The notes beneath the pieces were generated by a model. The model worked only from the letters and a program-made list of their open reading frames with translations, searched no databases and was not told the origin of the DNA. A stretch of DNA of 20,000 nucleotides from Trichomonas gallinae (taxonomy: Eukaryota). A program made the position numbers and the translations under genes. Shown piece by piece: positions 9,901-16,361 of the stretch. Location of the stretch: contig MRSU01003251.1 in NCBI GenBank assembly GCA_008369845.1, forward strand, positions 53,839-73,838, written 5' to 3'. The stretch's first letter is position 1; every line of letters starts with the position of its first letter.

Positions 9901-12900
9901 CATATATCACCAATCTGCAAAGAGAACCTAGTCGAAAAGTTCCCAATAATCCTGAAAGATCAGCCACCGGAAACAATTCAGAGAGTCATTGATTATATCC
10001 CGGACGAATTGAATTCCGTTTCATTGAATCTGAGAATACACTTAATCCTCGCCAAGCAATTATCTCCGACATACAGGATAGATATGCTCGACAAGATCAG
10101 ATCATCTCTTCCAGAAGATCCAGCGAAGTCTATTGTAGTTTTGTGCAAATCATTGACTTACGAATATTGGACCGATGAATTCGTTCCGTTGATTATTGCT
10201 TTACTTGCTAAGAAAGTCAGCATGTGGCAGCCTTTATTCGCACTCTCCAGCTACTTCATTTCCATTGGCAGCGAATTATGTTATCCAACACTTCAGCAAA
10301 TAATCAACGAAGAAAACATTGACTCGTTGAGAGATTTATATTCTTATTTAGTGTCAAAATGCGAAAACGCAAAATTATCACAGATGATCAATGGAATTTC
10401 CAGGGCCTTCCTCTACAGAGGATTCAGCTTGTTATCGAATACTGTACAGTTTGCTGCGTCAATTACTGGAGAGTTCGACACTTTAGTCGCTTTCACTTCA
10501 CACGAGAATATTAACCTGACATATTTGATGCCGCACAGACAGAACGACACGATATTTGGCTTATTGAGGCCAACATTGTCATTAAGAGAGGCAGCAGCAA
10601 TGAGCTTGACAATTCTAGGCCAATATGAAGCAGCAGGAAACTTGTATTCCGAAGTCGAAATGAATCCGATAATTTCACAAGTCCGAGACATAAACAATCA
10701 ACTCAATATATCAGAAAATCCAACAAACATCCTTGAAATAATAAGGCCATTGATACAAGTAGACTTGAAAGCAGATATAATAGTCGAATGTCTCATCAAG
10801 GCATCAAAGCTTTCATTCAAAGGCTTAAAAGAGCCAGCAATCAATTTCATCGACATGGCCGAAAGCGCAATCATTGAAACAATCAAGAACCAGTTCTATA
10901 TATCAATATTCCAGAAGGAAAGAATCATCACCATCTCAAATATTTTGCTCTTCTTGAAGCAAAGAGTTCTAGGAAAGCCAACATTAACATTTCCTGATGA
11001 ATTAGATGTAACTTGCATCAATCCATCATTCTTTAGAGTCATCAATGCTTTCACTTCAATTCTATCGAAGTCACCAATGAAGAATCCTCCTCTAGAATCA
11101 AATGGCGGTGAGGCTCTTTTCATGGTCGAGAACTCCATGTCAAAGAAGTTCTCTACAATTATAGGCTACGATTCAAGAGGATTAGTTGGAATCGGTGAAG
11201 CACAAATCACTGAATATTTCGCGCTAATACAGAATCTCGTTGAACAAGACAAACTCAAAGTCAATGATCTCAAACAATTCGCACCATTCACATACATGTT
11301 CTACGAACTCGTTCAGACCCCTGAAGCATTCCACACGGCTTTCACATCATACAAGAACATTTTGTCAAGCACAGAGCAGATCCCTATGTACATTCTTCAC
11401 GCTGCTGCAGCAAGAATCATTACATTAGTGAGATTTGCTGTCAATCAAAACGATCCGAGCTTGATACAGACTGTTGAAGCTGCTGCCGACCTGTTTTCAA
11501 CCGAACAAGCTGTGATATGGTGTGTCTGGTTGCAGCAAATCGTTGAGCTTTCTCGCGCGCCTTGGTTCTTCGAAATCGTTTACCACTTGTTCAACGACAT
11601 GAGCTACAGATCAACATTATACGGCGAAAAACTCGGAATTCCTGAGTTCAAAGACTTGCTCCAGAAACGTGTCATGCACTCAGTGACAACGCAGATTGTT
11701 ATGATGGACATTTTGAACGGTTTCGTCAACACTTTCTTGAAGATTGATTTCGGTGATTACGTGAGAATGAAGTCATTTATTTTCTTGGCAAGAGAACTTT
11801 CGAAACTTTCTCCAGATCAAATACAAACACTGGACTTGATTGAGATAAGAAAGCGTCATCCAATTCCATGGACATTACTAGAGAAAGCTGTTTCTGCTTT
11901 CACTTTAAACGAGATTGCTCAGATCGATGTGCAAAGCTTATATAATCTCGCTGTCGCCAATGATACTTGCGCACTTATGAAGTTCATTGCTGAAGCAACA
12001 AACAGCACAACGCAGCTCAACGAATACAACGACATGCTTTCAAACAGCATCGCTGATGTCAACAAGAACCTGCCTTTCATCATTTCAGTTAAGTTCGACA
12101 ATTATCCGCACATCTCTATAATAAGAATTCACGACGATTTTAATATTATAGACAACGACATTTTCGTGATGCATGCAACAACATCAGTTTCTCCTAGAAT
12201 GACATTTTTGATACAGAAATCAAAGAACGAAAACGGCTTCCACCAGTCTGTTCTAACTTTGTCTTCTATCTTTGTTTTCTTCAAGCAGATGATGGAGTGC
12301 AGCTATCAAAGCAAGATAAGAGCAATAAGAATGGACGCGTCAAGTGTTTTCGAGATCGGAAAGAATTTGATGCTAAGCTCTTTGCCTGGTGATGTGATTT
12401 CTCTTGAGTCTCTCTTCAGAATGGTCACAGGCAAAACTAAAGAAGAGTGGCTCGAAGAAAACACGACAAACGGAGAACTGAACGAAAGAGGAAGAGAAAC
12501 AATCAAAACACAAGAAACACAGTCATTCAGAGAATATATGTTAACAGAAATGGCACAAACAGCGACATCAGCTCTTAGACCAAACATTTTGAGGTCTTTC
12601 GCAGCACACAGCTTAGTTGGCGAGATATTCTCCAGCGCTTATCCTATCCTCGGACACATGATCTTCTGCTGCACGTCAGCAATTATGCCGGCAGTCCATG
12701 TTGACTTTGATGCGAGAAAAACTCCAGAATCTTCTTCATTCAGGCTTTCTCCGAATGTTCTGTCGTCTATAGGACCTACTGGACCTGGAGAACTCACTGT
12801 TGCATTGGCTGCTTGCGCGAATGCTCTCGCTGAGAATCTCGAATGCGTCAGAAGTTTCTTGGAAGTTGTTATTGGAGACAGAGATGTTGAAAATCACTCA

Positions 12901-13080
12901 ATCGAGGCCATTAAAGAGAAGAGACAAGAAATGGAGTCAGTTCTCATGAATATTGCACCGCCACGTGGCCACAACGTTGATTTGAACGATGCAGAAAATT
13001 GGATTTCGGGAATCGAAGAATTGATACACAAAGCAACAGTACCTGAGATTCAGCCAATTGAAGCTGTTCCATGGTTCTAA
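3925..13080 (+). CDS. TRRAP: Highly divergent PIKK-family protein, most like the TRRAP/Tra1 pseudokinase (helical solenoid - FAT - pseudokinase - FATC)
   Basis: 3051-aa uninterrupted ORF with helical-repeat-like composition. FAT-end motif 'WCVWLQQIV' (11518); 'HISIIRI...MTFLIQ' at the kinase N-lobe; 'FRLSPNVLSSIGP' (12739) corresponds to PIKK 'PFRLTPN'; FATC-like terminus 'LIHKATVPEIQPIEAVPWF*'. No DRH..N or DFG catalytic motif precedes FRLSPN. Confidence 0.72.
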   Translation: MESLTKIFTKNDHTMIKQLSQSLKSKHIEFMFKNIKEVEEIIQNYLNLLLKKPGNLKDKDWELACYLSFVFVIIFEVDPAKIPNISLFQQSGRLFSASLNLKVKQTLLNEGSPHIMSYLEEYYKQAKSGFNITTFYSTTPCFYLLPVSNYISMDMGTDKSTHRIEEFFKIISQISRTKNSIHYSNLLFIAETISNILKSKIPLPVEYIQVFNAIFQEMIKCPSTGLVLFFSNWLNFIKQINNQYQMQNNQRLLYTNTIFPQSELVSQLFSLASRYKYNEMITSFSWNYIYYYADLVFSEDQFPQQLRIINMISSIQKRVSRTEIFPYINDSITRFSGTLTETYKKKGPSCHIFTLITALEQSIESLVAELNELQPIYLQSPNKPNPDEKVYFIDQICSSNNYTQYDKELYTIVHYKVFNSAELADAYHKKQLAKVDEIKSKLNSIAFYYFQLKPKLINLYIAESKLDSNSQQGYLFNYIISFIFTWVKFMILACYKLMCLSLYKPSSNENFLPSRPERHHQYDLTNTFQKIILSFQELPSSSYKMIASVIVALIVHFSNDRMITLPFINILDKLSRERNQNDPPDSYTIIAYVVAMMMSLTYEKVHTFNSRSFLKSHLFYLWSLLTFRIGTPKETGASNTFFGSLTLFYFKVIVTAIFSNTKWMTNQSTALKTAQDFIDAEMNLHPELPQRKGRNSRMHSRIISFDDIRDSAKEQAACAFLDYFSQEADAEAIDIFMPAFETALKSNNPQTVIKAAKICHKFIVGDLPNTWVEESNDARKEFFYSYFKSLSVLDSETAKEVIEDATILTPMFLQPQFSPGFILMVKIPDLLFNLSVIMQQLSLHANENDDDYRNIFAFLTNVFDFIYNNISIERQHLQPIVKSAVFLLLQCFAFDSFFQTVNGYVNHLNSLFAPFFARGDFDLYFLCTLSVVGANRSDIAQIATDILVSFLDTVKHYGITEKVVDKTIVTILAYFSPQTHMFSILTGLSLLNRFFPGCIMLDYVRSLLVQLTDMPASETHFFNVLGEFLKNWLSMQTLETHKEFVMMIYDIVCPLSTPVRIVLHQQTEKLNVKIPIHSMAEIDTADDVLYLERISLVIGCGVEFDFVLTPGIIQRITEIICKKSEGITILEHISHSLQLTLSSIHHREFIHEFSQNEVLLSQILNHICNSLTSHYMPVLYLAKKCIQEIKNLYGGELRFSQQIYEYCWSPEKIFTPFGPQPERIGFYRRLTKLLPDKASITIVDIFTNAIVEFENKSNAQKLKYMQNFIQFIKMFTVRELMSIDIIHEKVCHASSNGQSNLQLIIDVFLKLMNNPEIPFYALTKKYVVKLVRNFADEVVQYIMFSHHHLNVSAIYFLLVCIFNDSTGIILKAMERLLMGLDDLNCVNPSISKMIMMLVVSVWSNEQKILLLNSAVRLFNFYLDSCKDERKPGNHRFAILSDITTAVVYLIDLHFDKQLILRVAEAFEQPILMDTSTYHKFIKIVFDTKSPEFKVELFNDVYNMRNNLSNFVVTMMLSHCIMKTQHTKENLEDFLEKLLLISKDEVFRTAVIRSIYHILRQYMPSDDKLKQIILDPLKASITSPNPEQVIYGIRVSTILQKKNKLPTVVFKGFVLTLLTYTKFLEPPYFKFLVKLIKHGLKNIEDDPNDYISAISYYFVDKNLNIHDYINVGNFLVQVPYLLDLLPFSFIGFMTDQLSNRIHDRKQRDDYNDPERKFKQERGKKLYSKQKEDILEANEIINFLHKCMAAVQATQEEFEHYVEVTFPFISMLSQQIMKKDPYESFYMLLANANYKLTKPFSLLGSIIQGPLTSFSFGFICVSVKFVKDEEMEAMNEFVERVLRYLVDEKNHVNGKLFAILCARVFTKNDISQQLYNSAVATLDELINKMKNDKRFIDIVGERAMILINSLLKFNYDEEIERRLMEFFEFIGIIAEIKPFNNVGVMLVRNMLKCIENIFFGEQNKLITLLLDKIVIYQDAIRSYADLLAQILRSPHISPICKENLVEKFPIILKDQPPETIQRVIDYIPDELNSVSLNLRIHLILAKQLSPTYRIDMLDKIRSSLPEDPAKSIVVLCKSLTYEYWTDEFVPLIIALLAKKVSMWQPLFALSSYFISIGSELCYPTLQQIINEENIDSLRDLYSYLVSKCENAKLSQMINGISRAFLYRGFSLLSNTVQFAASITGEFDTLVAFTSHENINLTYLMPHRQNDTIFGLLRPTLSLREAAAMSLTILGQYEAAGNLYSEVEMNPIISQVRDINNQLNISENPTNILEIIRPLIQVDLKADIIVECLIKASKLSFKGLKEPAINFIDMAESAIIETIKNQFYISIFQKERIITISNILLFLKQRVLGKPTLTFPDELDVTCINPSFFRVINAFTSILSKSPMKNPPLESNGGEALFMVENSMSKKFSTIIGYDSRGLVGIGEAQITEYFALIQNLVEQDKLKVNDLKQFAPFTYMFYELVQTPEAFHTAFTSYKNILSSTEQIPMYILHAAAARIITLVRFAVNQNDPSLIQTVEAAADLFSTEQAVIWCVWLQQIVELSRAPWFFEIVYHLFNDMSYRSTLYGEKLGIPEFKDLLQKRVMHSVTTQIVMMDILNGFVNTFLKIDFGDYVRMKSFIFLARELSKLSPDQIQTLDLIEIRKRHPIPWTLLEKAVSAFTLNEIAQIDVQSLYNLAVANDTCALMKFIAEATNSTTQLNEYNDMLSNSIADVNKNLPFIISVKFDNYPHISIIRIHDDFNIIDNDIFVMHATTSVSPRMTFLIQKSKNENGFHQSVLTLSSIFVFFKQMMECSYQSKIRAIRMDASSVFEIGKNLMLSSLPGDVISLESLFRMVTGKTKEEWLEENTTNGELNERGRETIKTQETQSFREYMLTEMAQTATSALRPNILRSFAAHSLVGEIFSSAYPILGHMIFCCTSAIMPAVHVDFDARKTPESSSFRLSPNVLSSIGPTGPGELTVALAACANALAENLECVRSFLEVVIGDRDVENHSIEAIKEKRQEMESVLMNIAPPRGHNVDLNDAENWISGIEELIHKATVPEIQPIEAVPWF

Positions 13081-13223
13081 TATTTTAATATTATTTGTTT
13101 TTATATTTTTTATTTGTTATAAATTATGTTTTTTGTATTAATTTCTTGTATTTTTCGTTAATGTCATTCCAATCAATGACCATTGCTAGTATAATTAACA
13201 GTTTTATTTCTTAATATCGAAAT

Positions 13224-13790
13224 TTAAACACGGCAGTCAGGATCTTTGTCTTCTTGAAGCGGAAGATTCTTGCGCCACTTGGTGAGCTCCTTATCTGCTG
13301 CAATAACACGGGCTGGCTTCGCGTGCTGAATGACTAATGTTGAATATGACCAAGCCCACTGGAGAGCGGCAGGAACAAACTTCTCACCATCTGGGGCATC
13401 AATCCTCTTGAAGTATTTCTTGTTTGTCGTGCGAATAACAATTTGGTTCCTTGATTCATCAACGGTAACATTGTAAAAATTGGCTGGATATGGGATGTTT
13501 CTGACTCTCCACTGCCATTCATTGTCTGTATCAAGGCGTAAGAAGATTGGATTCTTAGACGACATCGCAATTGTCTCAACTTCCTGTTTCTCCTCTAATG
13601 GCGAGCCATATGTCCACTCCCATGGTCCATCGGAGCCAGATGTGCGACGCTCTCTCTCTTTTCTTGCGAGAAGCTTTCCAGAGTCGAGTTCGCAGATATC
13701 TACGACCTGCTTACCTTCCTTCTCCTCGTAAACGATCGTTTTGTACGCGCCAGTTCTGTATGCTGTTGCCTTTGGAAATGCTAAAGCCAT
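13224..13790 (-). CDS. DPCD: DPCD family protein (deleted in primary ciliary dyskinesia homolog)
   Basis: 'LLARKER...PWEWTYG', 'SSKNPIFLRLDT..EWQWRVRNIPYP...YNVTVD....IVIRTTNKKYFKRIDAPD', 'TLVIQHAKP' and C-terminal 'DPDCRV' all match DPCD. The first ATG is at 13790 (188 aa); the ORF-track start at 13838 is a TTG. The stop reads TAAA, overlapping the trichomonad poly(A) signal. Confidence 0.93.
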   Translation of the reverse strand: MALAFPKATAYRTGAYKTIVYEEKEGKQVVDICELDSGKLLARKERERRTSGSDGPWEWTYGSPLEEKQEVETIAMSSKNPIFLRLDTDNEWQWRVRNIPYPANFYNVTVDESRNQIVIRTTNKKYFKRIDAPDGEKFVPAALQWAWSYSTLVIQHAKPARVIAADKELTKWRKNLPLQEDKDPDCRV

Positions 13791-13839
13791 CGACAGATAA
13801 TTTTTAAACAGACACTTTGACACCGACAAATTTTCCAAA

Positions 13840-13872
13840 TTTACACGTCAAATTTGATTTTTACACGACAAA
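13840..13872. promoter_or_regulatory. Tandem pair of TTTACACG(T/A)CAAA motifs upstream of DPCD
   Basis: TTTACACGTCAAA at 13840-13852 and TTTACACGACAAA at 13860-13872, 20-bp period, 50-82 bp upstream of the DPCD ATG. A regulatory role is inferred. Confidence 0.55.
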
Positions 13873-14352
13873 TAATTGTTTTTTTCTCTCGAGATTACAA
13901 AAATCTCAATGATAGGATCCACGAATCAAAAGTATCCTAAGTTGGTTTTATTCTTCATATCATTTCCTATATAATTATGCTGTCATTTATGAGATATTAC
14001 TTTCGTGTCGATCATTAACAAATGCTTTTCATGATACAAAAAAATAGAGCTCTTTTTGTTTTTGTTCAGTTAATATTTGTGGATCCAAATTCTTTCCTTT
14101 TAATAACATACGCAAGCTATAAAGCAAGTTTTTGCAGGTAGTTTACATGACAAATTTTTAAATTGACAAATCTCATCAATCAAGAAAAATATCTTTTCTT
14201 CATTATTGTAATAATGACTGAGAACATTTCACTAATGATGTATGCAACAAGATTCAGTGCATCATATATTTCCATCATATGAAAATCTTTTCAATAATAT
14301 AATGATTAGTTTGAAGATGAATAAAGTTGCTTGACAAATTTTAAGCGAACAT

Positions 14353-14385
14353 TTTACATGACAAAATATATTTTTACATGACAAA
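14353..14385. promoter_or_regulatory. Tandem pair of TTTACATGACAAA motifs upstream of the SAPS-like gene
   Basis: Exact copies at 14353-14365 and 14373-14385, 20-bp period, 69-101 bp upstream of the ATG at 14454. A further copy lies at 14142-14154. Confidence 0.55.
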
Positions 14386-14453
14386 ATCGATCAAAATTAA
14401 AAAAGTGAGATGTCAAAAATCCATTAAAATTTCGTCTTCGATTATTTCGGTAA

Positions 14454-16082
14454 ATGCTTGGAGATAGTGAACCGAAGCATGACGAAATAGAAGAGAACAT
14501 CAAACAAAATAGAGATGAGCCAAAATTAGATGAAAATACCGAAGAGAGCAAGATTTCTATCCAGCCAACTAAAATTGAAGATGAAGTACCTGGTATATCA
14601 GATATAATCGAAACAGCTACCAACAGAAATGACATGGAATACGACAAAGAAGTGTCTGGATTGCAGCTTATGTCTGGAACGCGAACACTCGACGCAATCG
14701 AATCGCAAGAAGGCGAAAAGACTGTTCCACCGCCAGTTAATCCAAAAATACCAGTAATCAAAGAAGAAATCGCGCAAGAAATCGAAGATAAAAAGCGAAG
14801 AAGATCATCTGGCACGATTAAAGTAGGTTCGCAGGTTCCTTTCGCAGATGTTATCGAACATCCTGGTCTTCCTCGTCTTTTTCAGACTGAGCCTCCAGCT
14901 CTCATTGCATATCTTGTTAACAGGATGAATCTCTTGATTGACGCGTGTTTTCACGGTGATGACCAAAATATAGCATGTTCTAATGCATATTTAGTGCTCA
15001 GCTCGCAGAATACAAGAATTATGTCTGCATTTTTAGAATCAGATACTTTTCAAATGATCGGAGCCGAGCTTTTCATGCCTGAGGAGCTTAATTATTCGAA
15101 AGTTGGTCGTTTTGTCGGCATTTTATCTGGTATTGTCGATCAAAAACCAGAAGAAATCATTGATCACTGCGGATTCCTTCCAAGAATGGTTCATCACTGC
15201 TATTTCCCAGTTGTTTCATCGTTTCTCGTTAAGCTGTGCAAAGATGATCCGCGTTTGAAGAACGTACACAAATATTTAATCAATTTCGGATTTCACGAAA
15301 TGCTTTACAGGGAACTGAAGTCATTTCAGCACATTGAATATGCCACAGAGATGGAATACTACCAGAGCCAGGATGTTTATCGAATAGCAACAATTTTCAA
15401 AATAATTTCTTACGCGGTTTCATTGAAAGCAATGATGAAATACTTCAAAACGTCCACATTCTTAACAGAATGCGAAACTATTTTCCATCCAAATGAACAT
15501 ATGATAGAAACTGAAAAATGGAAATTAATTCTTGCTTTGGCCGACGAAAACTATGCATCAACCTTGCTAAATTTCTTGTACGCAGCTGTTGAGCTCCTCA
15601 AACAAGCTGTAGATGGGAAATTCCACATGTGTCATTATTACGCTTTACTTTATTTGTCTCAGATGCTTAGATTCTCACCTGAGACTCCAGAAGTCCTAAT
15701 TGCCTTTGGATTTGTGCCAGTTCTCTTCAAACTCGTTTTCAATTTCCAAAATAACAATTATTTCGTTGAAGCATTCAGAAAAGTTATTCTTTCTTCTCTG
15801 AGAAGAGAAGATATATTCATGGAGATATATCACTACATTATTCCTGCTTTGCTTGCAATTTCGAAGGATTTAACACAAATTAATCTCACAGCGTCAATTT
15901 TCTACATTGTTCAAGTTTTTGAGAATACAAGGGGTGAGCTGAAGTATTTAGATAGAGAATTAAGTATGAATTCTCAATATATCGAATACTTGGATTCAGA
16001 ATTTAAGATTCGCACTCTTATATACGAAAACAACTACGGGGAAAGCATCAGAGGCCAATTAGGAAAACTGATCAACTCATAA
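14454..16082 (+). CDS. Divergent SAPS (Sit4/PP6 phosphatase-associated) -like helical repeat protein with an acidic disordered N-terminal extension
   Basis: 542-aa ORF. After ~125 E/K/P-rich residues comes a helical region, 'DVIEHPGL..LFQ.....LIAYL......LID....D....CSNAY.VLS', 'GRFVGIL', 'FLPRMVHHCYFPVVSSFLVKL', 'LFKLVFNFQNNNYF', reminiscent of SAPS/PP6R proteins. The ORF is certain; the family call is moderate. Confidence 0.55.
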   Translation: MLGDSEPKHDEIEENIKQNRDEPKLDENTEESKISIQPTKIEDEVPGISDIIETATNRNDMEYDKEVSGLQLMSGTRTLDAIESQEGEKTVPPPVNPKIPVIKEEIAQEIEDKKRRRSSGTIKVGSQVPFADVIEHPGLPRLFQTEPPALIAYLVNRMNLLIDACFHGDDQNIACSNAYLVLSSQNTRIMSAFLESDTFQMIGAELFMPEELNYSKVGRFVGILSGIVDQKPEEIIDHCGFLPRMVHHCYFPVVSSFLVKLCKDDPRLKNVHKYLINFGFHEMLYRELKSFQHIEYATEMEYYQSQDVYRIATIFKIISYAVSLKAMMKYFKTSTFLTECETIFHPNEHMIETEKWKLILALADENYASTLLNFLYAAVELLKQAVDGKFHMCHYYALLYLSQMLRFSPETPEVLIAFGFVPVLFKLVFNFQNNNYFVEAFRKVILSSLRREDIFMEIYHYIIPALLAISKDLTQINLTASIFYIVQVFENTRGELKYLDRELSMNSQYIEYLDSEFKIRTLIYENNYGESIRGQLGKLINS

Positions 16083-16267
16083 CTGTTAATATTATTAATA
16101 TTAGCAAAAAATTTAGATTTTTATAGTTTTTTATTTAATAAAGTTTTATTTAACTAATCTAATCCTATTATACATATCCCACACATATTATGTTACACAC
16201 AGTGACTCTAAAATAACGATTTTTCATAGAAATCAAAATATCGAAGGAATATTAATATGAATTGTGC

Positions 16268-16321
16268 TTTTTGTTATATTGTGCATAATATCGCACGTTT
16301 TTGTTATATTGTGCATAATAT
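16268..16321. repeat. 24-bp direct repeat, 2 copies, 30-bp period
   Basis: TTTTTGTTATATTGTGCATAATAT at 16268-16291 and 16298-16321, separated by CGCACG, in the convergent intergenic region. Confidence 0.9.
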
Positions 16322-16361
16322 TTATTAATTATACTAAAAAATTTTATTTATTTAAGATAGA

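Noticed and set aside
3925..13080. Active PIKK kinase (TOR/ATM/ATR/DNA-PKcs)
   Set aside because: The catalytic DRHxxN and DFG motifs are absent ahead of FRLSPN.
13791..13838. N-terminal extension of DPCD from the ORF-track start
   Set aside because: It begins at a TTG within promoter-like sequence; the first ATG at 13790 gives a normal-sized protein.
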